From contig JBNKOC010000012.1 in NCBI GenBank assembly GCA_050294405.1, forward strand, positions 512,001 through 576,000: a stretch of DNA of 64,000 nucleotides. Reading direction: 5' to 3'. The stretch comes from Fibrobacteria bacterium. Lineage in GTDB: Bacteria; Fibrobacterota; Fibrobacteria; UBA11236; JADFYW01. The notes beneath the pieces are model-generated. The model was given only the letters and a program-made list of their open reading frames with translations, had not been told where the DNA came from and did no database searches. The translations under genes were made by a program, and so were the position numbers. This document shows, one piece after another, positions 46,414 through 57,102 of the stretch (the stretch's first letter is position 1; every line of letters starts with the position of its first letter).

Positions 46414-48600
46414 ATGTCTACTTCAATGTACCCCAAGCAGGATGTATTAAGCCATATTGATAGGGCTAAGGTAAACCTTTTGGTTTACATAGAATCCAAA
46501 GTCCCAGATATTGATAGGGAGCAAATTGGCCATGCGGTGGAATACACTATCCTGGCCCATAAAAACCAGTATCGCCGCTCCGGGCTTCCTTATGTGGACC
46601 ACCCCTTTGAAGTGGCTAAATTATTGGCGGACTTTAACATGGACAGCACTACTATTATAGCAGGGCTGCTCCACGATGTGGTGGAAGACACCAAAATACC
46701 CAGTTCTGAAATTGAAAAGGAATTTGGCAGCCAGGTATCTTTTTTGGTGGATGCTGTAACTAAAATATCCGCCATTCAGGCGAAGTCCCGCATTGAACAG
46801 CAAGCGGAAACCTTCCGCAAAATGTTGCTGTCCGTTGCCAAGGACTTCAGGGTTATCATGATAAAATTTGCAGATAGATTGCATAACATGCGCACCCTTG
46901 GATACATGAAAGATGAAAAGAAAAAGGCCATTGCCGCCGAGACCCTGGAAGTGTACGCGCCCCTGGCCCATCGCTTTGGCTTAGCCCGTATCAAGTGGGA
47001 GCTGGAAGATTTATCCTTTAAACACCTGAACCCGGATGCTTATAAAAATCTGGTGCAAAAAATTGTGGAAAAAAGGGCCGAACGGGAAGGCTACATTAGA
47101 AGTTTAATTAAACCCGTCCAGCAGGCCTTGGAAGAACACGGAACCAAAGCCAGAGTGTATGGCAGGCCCAAGCATTTTTACAGCATTTGGAAAAAAATGC
47201 AAACCAGAAAATGCGCCTTTGAGGATGTATATGATTTGTTAGCATTACGGGTAATTGTGGACACTATTCCCCAATGTTACGAAGTACTTGGAATAGTTCA
47301 TTCCCTATGGTCTCCTTTGCAGACCCGCTTTAAGGATTTTATCGCCACGCCTAAATCCAATATGTATCAATCGTTGCATACCACATTAGTGGGCCCCAAG
47401 GGAAAACCGGTGGAAATTCAAATCCGCACCGAAGATATGAACCGCACGGCTGAACATGGAATTGCGGCTCACTGGGCCTATAAAGAGAAAAAAGCCCCCA
47501 GAAAAGTGGAGCGGGAAAACCGCTGGCTCAACCAGTTTATGGATTGGCAGAAAGATTTAAAAGACTCTGCGGAATTTATGGAGTTTTTCCGAATTGATTT
47601 AAAATCTGATGAAATTTTTGTTTTTACTCCTAAAGGCGATCTAAAACAGCTCCCCAAGGGTTCCACGGCCCTGGATTATGCCTTTGAGGTACATACCGAA
47701 GTGGGAATCCACTGTATTGGGGCCAAGGTGGACGGGAAAGTGGTTCCCCTGGACAAAGTTTTGAAAACTGGCTCAACTGTGGAAATTTTAAAATCCATGG
47801 CCCAGACCCCTTCAAGGGATTGGCTTCGAATTGTGACCACCTCTAAAGCAAAAAGTTCTATTCGCAGGTGGCTTAAAAAAGAAGAACAGGAAGAAAGCAT
47901 CCAGTTGGGCAAAGAGCTGTTAAAGCGAGAATGGCAAAGCATGAAAATCTCCGAAAAACTGGAGGATTGCTTTACCAGGTTTAAAACCAAATATTTAGTG
48001 GACAGTTGGGATTCCCTGTATCAGCGTATAGGAAATGGAGACATTAGCCTGGGTTCCCTGGAGGGGTTTTTACAACAGCATTTTGAACTTCCCAGCAAAA
48101 GCGTTTTTGATAAGGTTCGCATTAAAAAAAGCCAGCCCAAAATGGAGGCCGTATTGGTATCCGGGCTCGATCATATGCTCTTTAAATTTGCCAGTTGTTG
48201 CCAACCACTTCCCGGCGACGATATTTTAGGGTATATCACAAAAGGAAAAGGGGTTTCTATCCACAGGGCTAATTGCCCGGAAGGCATAAAGCTCTGCAAA
48301 GACCAGGAACGCACGGTTCCCGTACAGTGGAAATCCGAAGAACTCTCTCCCCAAAGTGTTTTTATTGAAGTGCACGCCAAAGACAAGCCTGGTCTCCTAT
48401 ATAATATTACAGATGTTTTTAAATCCTGCGATATTGATGTGGAAAGAGCCTCCATTATCACCGTCAAAAACAAAGTGCGGAACCGCTTTAAAATCAGGGT
48501 GAGTTCAGCCTTTCAGCTTTCCAAGGCGTTTAATGAATTGCGGAAAATCAAGGAAGTGCAGTCGGTTTTCAGAAAATCCACCTCCAATATGGATTTTTAG
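46414..48600 (+). CDS. spoT: bifunctional (p)ppGpp synthetase/hydrolase (Rel/SpoT)
   Basis: HKNQYRRSGLPYVDHP, LLHDVVEDT (intact HD), ADRLHNMRTL, GRPKH.YSI, YQSLHT, TGS FTPKG, CCQPLPGD, ACT domain. Confidence 0.95.
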   Translation: MSTSMYPKQDVLSHIDRAKVNLLVYIESKVPDIDREQIGHAVEYTILAHKNQYRRSGLPYVDHPFEVAKLLADFNMDSTTIIAGLLHDVVEDTKIPSSEIEKEFGSQVSFLVDAVTKISAIQAKSRIEQQAETFRKMLLSVAKDFRVIMIKFADRLHNMRTLGYMKDEKKKAIAAETLEVYAPLAHRFGLARIKWELEDLSFKHLNPDAYKNLVQKIVEKRAEREGYIRSLIKPVQQALEEHGTKARVYGRPKHFYSIWKKMQTRKCAFEDVYDLLALRVIVDTIPQCYEVLGIVHSLWSPLQTRFKDFIATPKSNMYQSLHTTLVGPKGKPVEIQIRTEDMNRTAEHGIAAHWAYKEKKAPRKVERENRWLNQFMDWQKDLKDSAEFMEFFRIDLKSDEIFVFTPKGDLKQLPKGSTALDYAFEVHTEVGIHCIGAKVDGKVVPLDKVLKTGSTVEILKSMAQTPSRDWLRIVTTSKAKSSIRRWLKKEEQEESIQLGKELLKREWQSMKISEKLEDCFTRFKTKYLVDSWDSLYQRIGNGDISLGSLEGFLQQHFELPSKSVFDKVRIKKSQPKMEAVLVSGLDHMLFKFASCCQPLPGDDILGYITKGKGVSIHRANCPEGIKLCKDQERTVPVQWKSEELSPQSVFIEVHAKDKPGLLYNITDVFKSCDIDVERASIITVKNKVRNRFKIRVSSAFQLSKAFNELRKIKEVQSVFRKSTSNMDF

Positions 48601-48759
48601 AAAATGGGGTTTCCTTATTTTTGCCCAATAACCTTTGCCATTTTAAACTAAGTCTCCAGCTCCATTTGGCTTCAAATTGAGCCCACTTGAATTAGCTCTT
48701 TCAAATTATTACGTTTGGCCCGATTTTGACAGGAATTTAACCTTAATTTTGAGCTAAAA

Positions 48760-50835
48760 ATGAGACCTTTAGAAAACTTGAGAAATATCGGTATCAGTGC
48801 CCATATCGATTCCGGTAAAACAACTCTTACCGAACGTATCCTATTTTACACAGGCATCATCCATGCCATTCACGAAGTGCGTGGTAAAGATGGAGTGGGC
48901 GCCACCATGGACCATATGGAACTGGAAAGAGAACGTGGAATTACCATTACCTCCGCGGCCACACATTGCCAATGGAAAGACACTAAAATTAACATCATTG
49001 ATACCCCGGGGCACGTTGATTTTACAATTGAGGTAGAAAGGTCTCTACGTGTGCTTGATGGCGCAATTCTTGTTCTTTGCGGTGCTTCTGGAGTTCAATC
49101 CCAGTCCTACACTGTAGACAGGCAAATGAAACGTTATAATGTGCCCAGAGTTGCCTTTGTTAATAAATGCGACCGCTCTGGCGCCAATCCTTTTAAAGTA
49201 TGCGAACAGCTTCGCACTAAATTGGGCCACAACTCTGTAATGGTTCAAATACCTATTGGTTTAGAAGATAAGCACAAAGGTTTAGTGGATTTGATTACCA
49301 TGCGCGCCCATATTTTCACTGGCGATAACGGAGAAAATATTTCCGATGAAGATATTCCTGCAGATTTGAAAGATCAGGCAGAAGAATACAGAGCGAAAAT
49401 GTTAGATGTTATTTCTGAATATTCAGATGAATTAACAGAACTTATTCTGGAAGAAAAAGAAATTCCCGTGGAGTTGATTTACGATACCATCCGTAAAGCA
49501 ACTATTGATTTAAGTTTAACTCCCGTATTTTGTGGCAGTGCTTATAAAAACGTAGGCGTTCAAAAATTACTGGACGGTGTTACCGCCTTTTTGCCTAACC
49601 CTTATGATGTTAAAAACAGAGCTTTGGATTTAAACGATTCTGAAAAAGAAATCGTATTGGAACCCGATGAAAATAAACCTCTTGTTTCTTATATCTTTAA
49701 GCTGGAAGATGGCCGTTTTGGTCAGTTGAGCTATATGCGCATTTACCAGGGTAAAATTGTAAAAGGAACTCCTATTTACAATATGACCACCAAGAAAAAA
49801 CATTCTGTGGGCCGTTTGGTGCGTATGCACTCAAATGACATGCAAGACATCACCGAAGCAGGAGCTGGTGATATTGTAGCTTTGTTTGGCATTGATTGCG
49901 CTTCCGGTACAACTTTTACCGATGGAAAAATGGAAGTAGCTATGACTTCCATGCATGTTCCTGAACCTGTAATTGACTTGGTAATTGAAGCCACCAACCG
50001 CGATCAGTTGGCTAACCTTTCTAAGGGAATCAACCGTTTCCTTAAGGAAGACCCTACTTTTAAAGTAAAATACGACGAAGAAAGCGGACAAACCATTATT
50101 TCCGGTATGGGTGAACTGCACCTTGATGTATACATCGAAAGATTAAAACGCGAATACGGTGTTAACTTAACTACTGGTCGTCCTCAGGTTGCCTATCGTG
50201 AAACCATTACAGCCCATGCGGACTTTAATTACACTCACAAAAAGCAAACTGGTGGTGCCGGTCAATTTGCCCGCGTTGGCGGATTCATTGAACCCACCGA
50301 TAACGATGAACATTATGAATTTTTGGACAAAATTGTGGGCGGTGTTATTCCTAAAGAATTTGTGCCCAGTTGCGATAAAGGATTTAAAGCTGCAATGGAT
50401 GCTGGCGATTTAATTGGCTTTCCCATTACAGGCGTGCGTTGTTGCATCAATGACGGCGCCACTCACCCAGTGGACTCCAGTGACATGGCTTTCCAGGTCG
50501 CATCTCGTTCGGCTTTCCGTGAAAGTTATAAAAAAGCAGGGCCAGTTATCCTTGAACCTTTGATGAAAGTGGTGGTGGAAGCCCCTGCCGAATTCCAGGG
50601 TACGGTTCTTGGCAACTTAAACCAACGTCGTGGAATGATTTTAGGTTCCAGCGAAGAAGATGGTTTCTGTAAAATTGATGCAGAAGTTCCACTTTCTGAA
50701 ATGTTTGGTTATGCGACTGACCTTCGCTCCTTAACTCAAGGAAAGGCCGAGTTTACCATGGAATTTTCCAAATACGCTCAAGTGCCCAAAAGCATTAGCG
50801 ACGAATTGGTGAAAAAATACGGTAACAGCAGATAA
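48760..50835 (+). CDS. fusA: elongation factor G (spdEFG1/mtEFG1-like), outside the str operon
   Basis: [66 protein letters not shown]. Confidence 0.96.
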   Translation: MRPLENLRNIGISAHIDSGKTTLTERILFYTGIIHAIHEVRGKDGVGATMDHMELERERGITITSAATHCQWKDTKINIIDTPGHVDFTIEVERSLRVLDGAILVLCGASGVQSQSYTVDRQMKRYNVPRVAFVNKCDRSGANPFKVCEQLRTKLGHNSVMVQIPIGLEDKHKGLVDLITMRAHIFTGDNGENISDEDIPADLKDQAEEYRAKMLDVISEYSDELTELILEEKEIPVELIYDTIRKATIDLSLTPVFCGSAYKNVGVQKLLDGVTAFLPNPYDVKNRALDLNDSEKEIVLEPDENKPLVSYIFKLEDGRFGQLSYMRIYQGKIVKGTPIYNMTTKKKHSVGRLVRMHSNDMQDITEAGAGDIVALFGIDCASGTTFTDGKMEVAMTSMHVPEPVIDLVIEATNRDQLANLSKGINRFLKEDPTFKVKYDEESGQTIISGMGELHLDVYIERLKREYGVNLTTGRPQVAYRETITAHADFNYTHKKQTGGAGQFARVGGFIEPTDNDEHYEFLDKIVGGVIPKEFVPSCDKGFKAAMDAGDLIGFPITGVRCCINDGATHPVDSSDMAFQVASRSAFRESYKKAGPVILEPLMKVVVEAPAEFQGTVLGNLNQRRGMILGSSEEDGFCKIDAEVPLSEMFGYATDLRSLTQGKAEFTMEFSKYAQVPKSISDELVKKYGNSR

Positions 50836-50859
50836 CTGTTTGCAAAACTTGATTTAATG

Positions 50860-50889
50860 GCCATCTGGTTTTTCCGGGTGGCTTTTTTT
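50860..50889 (+). terminator. intrinsic terminator after fusA
   Basis: GCCATCTGG-TTTTT-CCGGGTGGC followed by T7. Confidence 0.7.
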
Positions 50890-50935
50890 ATGTGCTGGTT
50901 TCCCGGGCAAGTTTTTATCTTCCTTTAAGAAAATT

Positions 50936-51823
50936 ATGATTAAGATTCAGGAAAATGTGAGTCTGGCTCCAATGGCCTCTTTTAAAGTGGGAGGAGCTGC
51001 ACAGTTTTTTACAGCCCCAAGTAATAAAGAAGAATTTTTGGAAGCTGTTCGCTGGGCTAATGAAAAAAAGCTTCCCATATTTATGCTAGGCAAGGGATCT
51101 AACCTGGTGATTTCCGATAAAGGGGTTAAAGGCCTTACTATTTTTACCGCCCAGGGCTTTGATAGCATATATTGGGACAATAATCTGGCTCGCTGCGACG
51201 CAGGAGCCTTGGTGTACACAGCCATGCGTCAGTCGGTCCAACAGGGTTTAACCGGAATTCAAAAACTTGGAGGAATACCGGGCACCTTGGGCGGTGCCGC
51301 TTACATTAATGCCGGAGCTTACGGCCAGGAATTTTCAGATGTAATTGTAGAAGTGGAGTCCTGTGATAAAAATGGAGATGTAATCGTAAGAACCAAGCCT
51401 GAATGTAGGTTTAGCTATCGCAATTCTGTTTTTACTCAATTGGAAGAATACATTCTTTCCGTAAAACTTGAACTTAAGCAAGCAGCGGATAAAGAGCAGT
51501 TGGAAAAAGAAATGCGCGAATCATTAGCGCATCGAAAGCAAACCCAGCCTTTGCATCTCCCTAATTCAGGCAGCATTTTCAAACGGCCCCAGGGCCGTTT
51601 TCCGGGACAAATTATTGAGGAGGCCGGGCTTAAAGGCATGAGAGAAGGGGGCGCAGAAGTTTCTCCCAAGCACGCCAATTTTATTGTAAACATGGGGGGC
51701 GCCAGTGCTCAAAATATTTTTGATTTAAGCAAGCTGGTGCAGTCTAGAGTGAAAGAGAAAATGGATATGGACTTGGAACACGAAGTCCGATTTATTGGCG
51801 AATTTTTGCCGTGGCCCAGATAG
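50936..51823 (+). CDS. murB: UDP-N-acetylenolpyruvoylglucosamine reductase
   Basis: FKVGGAA, LGKGSNL, GIPGTLGG...NAGAYG, FSYRNS, SGSIFKRP, KHANFIVN. Confidence 0.96.
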   Translation: MIKIQENVSLAPMASFKVGGAAQFFTAPSNKEEFLEAVRWANEKKLPIFMLGKGSNLVISDKGVKGLTIFTAQGFDSIYWDNNLARCDAGALVYTAMRQSVQQGLTGIQKLGGIPGTLGGAAYINAGAYGQEFSDVIVEVESCDKNGDVIVRTKPECRFSYRNSVFTQLEEYILSVKLELKQAADKEQLEKEMRESLAHRKQTQPLHLPNSGSIFKRPQGRFPGQIIEEAGLKGMREGGAEVSPKHANFIVNMGGASAQNIFDLSKLVQSRVKEKMDMDLEHEVRFIGEFLPWPR

Positions 51824-52638
51824 CAGTCATTCTTCCCGCTTACAATAGAGCTCATCTATTAGAACGGGCCATTGAGTCCGTGCTTATCCAGAGCTTTGCA
51901 GATTTTGTTTTATATGTAGTGGATGATGGGAGCACGGATTCCACAAAAAACCTGCTGCAAAAATGGGAACAACATCCCAAACTAAAATATTTTTTTAAAA
52001 AACACGAAGGTGTGAGCGCTGCTAGAAATTTTGGGGTTTCGATGTCTACAGAACCCTATTTGTGTTTTTTAGATAGTGATGATGAGTGGCTGCCTCAAAA
52101 ATTGGAACTTCAATATGGTTTTCACAAAAATAAAGGGTTCCATATTTCCCAAACCCGGGAACGCTGGATTCGCCGGGGAATGAGGGTAAACCCTCCTAAA
52201 CATTCCGTAAAAACAGGAGGCGATATATTTCTAAAATCTCTGGAGCGATGCATGGTGACCCCTTCTTCGGTTATGATAAACAGAGAGCTTTGGGAGGAGT
52301 ACGGAGGTTTCGATGTGGATTTTCCAGCTTGTGAAGATTACGAGCTTTGGCTTCGAATCTGCGCCAAATATTCTGTGGGGCTTTTGGATAAAGAGCTTTT
52401 AATTCGTTATGGCGGGCATTCCGATCAATTGTCCGCCAAATACCCCGCTATGGATAAGTTCAGGATTCAGGCCTTGCACAAAACTTTTTTAAACACAAAG
52501 CTAAGCGATGTTCAAAAATCAAATTTATTAAAGGTTCTACGGAAAAAAATGGAGATATACCGGGGAGGCTGTTTGAAACGCAATAATGTTAGGGAATTAA
52601 ATTGGTGCGACAGGCTCTTAGGAGCCTGTCGCACTTAA
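51811..52638 (+). CDS. glycosyltransferase family 2
   Basis: VILPAYNR, VVDDGSTD, GVSAARN, FLDSDD, CEDYELW; the last codons come from the MITE end. Confidence 0.92.
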   Translation: MAQIAVILPAYNRAHLLERAIESVLIQSFADFVLYVVDDGSTDSTKNLLQKWEQHPKLKYFFKKHEGVSAARNFGVSMSTEPYLCFLDSDDEWLPQKLELQYGFHKNKGFHISQTRERWIRRGMRVNPPKHSVKTGGDIFLKSLERCMVTPSSVMINRELWEEYGGFDVDFPACEDYELWLRICAKYSVGLLDKELLIRYGGHSDQLSAKYPAMDKFRIQALHKTFLNTKLSDVQKSNLLKVLRKKMEIYRGGCLKRNNVRELNWCDRLLGACRT

Positions 52639-52812
52639 CATTCGCGCTGCGTCTGGCTGCAAAATCACCGTTCATCGTTGCACTTTTCGACGTAATTCCC
52701 CATTCTTTGAATGGGGCCCAACAGCATTTTACTTTTTTACGTCTGCAAAGACGCCTTGATCCGCGATTTTTCGCTCAGTCTCGCTATGCAAAGCTTAAAT
52801 CCGACAGGCTCC
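52621..52812. mobile_element. 192-bp MITE-like non-autonomous element with 18-bp terminal inverted repeats
   Basis: Left GGAGCCTGTCGCACTTAA, right TTAAATCCGACAGGCTCC (16/18 complementary); preceded by TA; related copies at 35208 and 6311. Confidence 0.85.
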
Positions 52813-52817
52813 TGGCC

Positions 52818-53912
52818 CTATGGAATAAATAAAAGCTGGGATTTTTTTTGAGCTTTCGTTTGGATGGAAAACACATGCAATCCCGGTTTTATATCTGGGT
52901 TTAGTTTAAATGCAGAGTTTTGGTCCGGCTGTAAATAATAAAAATGAGAACTTTCTAACCTTCCTTCCATGTTGCATATGGAAATTTCTAATACCGTATC
53001 ATCAGAATCTAGACTGTTTATTATAACAAAGCGGTTTGAATAAAGTTGATTGAGGCTTATGGAAATGTCTGCGTGATTCCTTTTTTTATTTCTAAGAGAA
53101 ATAATTTCGGGGTTGGCAAATACGGCAAACTCATGGGGTTCGCCCACAACGTAGATGTTATTGCTTTCAGGATTAAAAGAGACGCCTTCCGGTTTGCTGA
53201 GTCCAATCTCCAGGGAAGAAAGTAAAACCCCTTCGGGGCTATAGCCGTAAAGCCTGTTTTCTTCCTGATTGAGAAGTAAAAAATGCCCATCTTCAAGGAT
53301 ATACATATCCGCCACATCTCCGGTAATATTAGCCAAAGAAAATGGAGTATTTTCTGTAAACGATTGCGGAACTCCTTCAGCATCAAGTTGTATCTGGTAA
53401 AGCATGGAAGGGCCAAGCTCTTTAGCAACATAAGCCAGGTTTTTTTCTGAGTCATAAGCCACGCTTTCCAAACCGGAATTACCCATGTTTTCACCAATAT
53501 TCAGGCTTTTGCCTTCTTGTTTTGCAATGGGGCCACTGCCTTCATCAGGGATGGTGATTTGATGTATATTGGCCAGGCGTTCTTCCACAATTAAATACTT
53601 TTCCCCTCCCTGATAGCTAATGGCTTCCGTATCTTCGAACCCAGACAATTCAATGCTTCTTATTATTTCTCCATTTAAGCTTAATTCGTAAAGGGCCACC
53701 CCATCATCAATCACAAACAGGCTTTGGGAGTTTGCGTTAAAAGTAACTCCGCTAAAACTTGTGGTCGTGGCCTCACTTACATCCAGGCTCAAATCTTTTT
53801 GGTAGTTATTTAGCTGGGAGGCAATGGACTGGGCTTTAGGGGAGAGGAGGCCAATGGCAAAAAAGACGCTAAGTAAAATTAAAGAAGGTTTTTTGCCAAA
53901 GCAACTTTCCAT
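52818..53912 (-). CDS. secreted SdiA-regulated/YjiK-like beta-propeller protein with C-terminal sorting-type domain
   Basis: Signal peptide; SGVTFN, GFEDTEAI, IVEER, NSGLESVAYD...AKE, KPEGV...YVVGEP; tail ICNMEGRL...PGLHVF. Confidence 0.75.
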   Translation of the reverse strand: MESCFGKKPSLILLSVFFAIGLLSPKAQSIASQLNNYQKDLSLDVSEATTTSFSGVTFNANSQSLFVIDDGVALYELSLNGEIIRSIELSGFEDTEAISYQGGEKYLIVEERLANIHQITIPDEGSGPIAKQEGKSLNIGENMGNSGLESVAYDSEKNLAYVAKELGPSMLYQIQLDAEGVPQSFTENTPFSLANITGDVADMYILEDGHFLLLNQEENRLYGYSPEGVLLSSLEIGLSKPEGVSFNPESNNIYVVGEPHEFAVFANPEIISLRNKKRNHADISISLNQLYSNRFVIINSLDSDDTVLEISICNMEGRLESSHFYYLQPDQNSAFKLNPDIKPGLHVFSIQTKAQKKSQLLFIP

Positions 53913-55362
53913 TTTGCCTTATAGTGAGAATTTGAACCTTAGTACCCTCTTCTAAATCTATATAGAAAGTCTCATTATGTTTGGGTGAAAATCGCTTCAG
54001 AGGTTTTCCCTGGGGAGTAAAAAGTTCCACTTCTAAACCAGCTGTTTTTTGGTAGGGCGTTATTTTTACAGTGTTCTTAAATTGTTGCCAGAAAAAGTTT
54101 GCGCTAATTTTGTCTTTTGGGGCTATTTCAATGGGTTCCTCACTAACCGTAATACTTGCGTTAAAATTACTTTTCCTATCGCCCCGGTAGTTTAAAGCCT
54201 CCCATAAATTTTGAGTATTCCGGCTTAATTTTCCGCTAAATACTTTATTCCCCAACCAATATATTTCCACATTTTCATCTAAATTCAGCAAAGAATCGTT
54301 TAGCCAAATTTTTAAACTTTCCAAATCACTTTGTAAGATATGTATGCTTTGGCCGGAAATTTCCGCAATAACATTTTGATTTTCACCGGCCTCTACATTT
54401 TCGGGAACCTCAAGCCAATAAAACCTCTGGTGGATTCTGTCGTCCTGATGCCATACAATTTTTTTAGGAAAAGGATTTCTGGTAAAGTCATCCATCCAAT
54501 CCAGGGCTACCGCATCTTCCAAATCCATCCAATGGGGTTTGTCCGGGTGGATTTGCACTTCATGTATGTATCCTCCCGGATCGGCCTCAGCCAATGAATC
54601 CAGCCATTCTCCCCATTCTCCAGCTATAATGTTTCTATCGTATCCGTCGTCCAGGCCTCCCACATGTATGGTAAACCCAATGTTGCGCAGGCTGTGGGGG
54701 GAGGATTCATTGGGGTGGCCGGCCATCATGGCTGCCGCGGCCCATCTATCAGCCATGCGTGGTCCTAATTGGTACACGCCATCTCCTCCAGCGGAATAGC
54801 CCATTACATAAACCCTGTCGGGGTTGATTCCCAAATAAACCACACAAGCTTCAATGACCCGGTCAAAAAAAGAATCTATATGGGGTTCATGCCAAAGGTT
54901 CCATGTGTCGGTGGGAGCTCTGGGCGCCAAATATATTCCATTGGGTTGGTACAGGGTTATTTGGTTTTGCCATTGCTGATCATTTGTGGCCGCTCCTGCG
55001 TTCCCGCCGCCGTGCATAGATATGTATAAATCCCGTCCGGCTGCAGGTTCGGGACCGTAACTGCGGTATTCAAATTTTAAAATTTTTCCGCTGCTGTCCA
55101 CAAAGGCTTTGTTGTCCCACTCTTCCTGCCAAGCCGCTTGGATTTGGTTAGTGCGATGCTCCAGCAATAAATCCCAAGCGCTATTCGCCTCTTCCGAGCT
55201 AAGGGCCGTTTTTCCAAAGGATGTTTGTGAAATGGGTTCCCGGCTGTTTTCAGGTTGGGACAACCAATTTTGCAATTCTTCAATTGCATTCTGGGAAAAT
55301 CCCATGACAGGCAAAAATGCTATAAGAATGTGAAAGCAGTACAACCTGTAATTTTTAAACAA
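53869..55362 (-). CDS. secreted alpha/beta hydrolase (esterase-like) with C-terminal sorting-type domain
   Basis: Signal peptide; ISMHGGG, GYSAGG nucleophile elbow, VGGLD, PHWM; tail LFTPQGKPL. Confidence 0.75.
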   Translation of the reverse strand: MFKNYRLYCFHILIAFLPVMGFSQNAIEELQNWLSQPENSREPISQTSFGKTALSSEEANSAWDLLLEHRTNQIQAAWQEEWDNKAFVDSSGKILKFEYRSYGPEPAAGRDLYISMHGGGNAGAATNDQQWQNQITLYQPNGIYLAPRAPTDTWNLWHEPHIDSFFDRVIEACVVYLGINPDRVYVMGYSAGGDGVYQLGPRMADRWAAAAMMAGHPNESSPHSLRNIGFTIHVGGLDDGYDRNIIAGEWGEWLDSLAEADPGGYIHEVQIHPDKPHWMDLEDAVALDWMDDFTRNPFPKKIVWHQDDRIHQRFYWLEVPENVEAGENQNVIAEISGQSIHILQSDLESLKIWLNDSLLNLDENVEIYWLGNKVFSGKLSRNTQNLWEALNYRGDRKSNFNASITVSEEPIEIAPKDKISANFFWQQFKNTVKITPYQKTAGLEVELFTPQGKPLKRFSPKHNETFYIDLEEGTKVQILTIRQNGKLLWQKTFFNFT

Positions 55363-55382
55363 TAACTACCATCCCATAATAG

Positions 55383-56843
55383 CTACTTGAGGTTTTCGGC
55401 CAGGGAAACCATAGTCTTAACTCCCCAACCCGTTCCACCGGGAATAAAGTATTTCCATTGGCTGGTGGTAAAGGCGGGGCCTGCAATATCAATATGGCAC
55501 CATTTTAAATGGGGCTCCACAAACTCTTTTAAAAATAGGGCCGCTGTAATAGCGCCGCCTTCTGCGCGTCCCAGGTTTTTGAAATCGGCAGTAATGTCAT
55601 CAAGACTGGAACGATATTCCTCTTCCAGGGGCATTTCCCAAAACTTTTCGCCTTCCACCTGGCCCAACTGGTGGACTTGTTTTAACAACTTGGAATCGTT
55701 GCCCAAAATGCCAGCCCAGGCTGGTCCCAAAGCCCTAATCATGGCTCCTGTCAAAGTGGCCAGGTTCACAACATGGGTGCCTTTAATGGCCGCAGCCTCG
55801 GCAAGGCCATCCGAAAGAATCAGGCGGCCTTCTGCATCGGTGTTTTCCACCATTACGGTTTTTCCGTTTTTGGCCTTAAAAATATCTCCGGGCAGAACGG
55901 CCTGCTGTCCAGGTCTGTTTTCGGCGAGCACCATAACACTGCTAACATTCACCTTTAGTTTTAAAAGAGAGCATATGTATATACTGGCTAAAACTGTGGC
56001 GGCTCCTGCCATGTCGCATTTCATTTCCCACATTCCCGAGCCGGGTTTTAAACTGAGGCCTCCGGTGTCGAAGGTCACTCCTTTTCCCACTAAAACTAAA
56101 TGGGGGGCTTTTTTGGAAGCGCCAGTGTAGCTCAATGTGACCATGCGAGGAGGGTTTAGGGAGCCTCGTGAAACGGTAAGCAGTCCGTTAAACCCTTCTT
56201 TTTCCAATTCTTTTTCGCGGCGAATGCGGATGTCAAGGCCTGCTTCCTTGGCTATTTTTTGGGCTTCTTTGGCAAACATTTCCGGTGTTAAGTCGGAACC
56301 CGGGGTGTTGACCCAATCCCGGCAGGCGCCGATACCTTTAAATGTGTGGTTTAACCTGTCGTTGCTCTTTTTAATAAGGGTTATATCTTTTGGGTCGGCC
56401 ACAACTTGAATACTTTTCAAAGTGATTTTTTTGGGAGAACTTTTGTATACCTGGTATTGGTATTGGCTCCAGTAGACAGCTTCCAGTATGGATTGGACTT
56501 CTGACTTGCTCGCGTTATTCAAGACCAAAATAATTGTTTCTGGATTTTTTTCTTTTAGGGCCTGGATTAAATTGAAAGCCCCAACTCGGATAGAGTCGGA
56601 ATTATCCAGTCCCGGTTTTAATGGGAGAGGGCTTAAAGCCATCAGACCGCTTTCGAAAGGCAGGTATTCTAAGGAGCTTCCCAATTCTTTTTTTTGAAAC
56701 TGCTCGGACAATTCTTTTAGGCGGGATTCTGTCTGGGAGGAGTTTTTAAACTTCCCAAATATTTTTTTATTCTGACAGAAGGTTGCTATTTGGTGTTTTT
56801 TGCCAAGGCTTTCTGGGATACTTTTTGTGATTTCAATAGTCAT
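55383..56843 (-). CDS. pepA: M17 leucyl aminopeptidase
   Basis: VGKGVTFDTGGLSLK, MKCDMAG, NTDAEGRLILSD, ATLTGA, HIDIAG. Confidence 0.93.
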   Translation of the reverse strand: MTIEITKSIPESLGKKHQIATFCQNKKIFGKFKNSSQTESRLKELSEQFQKKELGSSLEYLPFESGLMALSPLPLKPGLDNSDSIRVGAFNLIQALKEKNPETIILVLNNASKSEVQSILEAVYWSQYQYQVYKSSPKKITLKSIQVVADPKDITLIKKSNDRLNHTFKGIGACRDWVNTPGSDLTPEMFAKEAQKIAKEAGLDIRIRREKELEKEGFNGLLTVSRGSLNPPRMVTLSYTGASKKAPHLVLVGKGVTFDTGGLSLKPGSGMWEMKCDMAGAATVLASIYICSLLKLKVNVSSVMVLAENRPGQQAVLPGDIFKAKNGKTVMVENTDAEGRLILSDGLAEAAAIKGTHVVNLATLTGAMIRALGPAWAGILGNDSKLLKQVHQLGQVEGEKFWEMPLEEEYRSSLDDITADFKNLGRAEGGAITAALFLKEFVEPHLKWCHIDIAGPAFTTSQWKYFIPGGTGWGVKTMVSLAENLK

Positions 56844-57102
56844 TTCACCGCCATATTGTATAAAGTTCTCGAATTTTCATAAAATTAGGCTTTTTTCCAA
56901 CTTTTGAGTAGGCTGTTATTTTTATAAAAAAGGAAATTTTATGTCGCTATTTTGTAATATTTAGTTGACAATTATATTTAAATCTTTATTTGTAACTTTA
57001 TGTCATTAATTATAATTTGGATTTAAATTGGCAATATTTATCTTTAAAAGTAAAATAGAAATTAATGTAATAAATAGTCATATGTTGGAATTAGGTTAAA
57101 TT

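Noticed and set aside
52602..52832. 76-aa ORF
   Set aside because: Coincides with the MITE; no transposase motifs and too short.
55387..56130. 247-aa plus-strand ORF
   Set aside because: Lies wholly antisense to the well-supported pepA and has no recognisable motifs; a shadow ORF.
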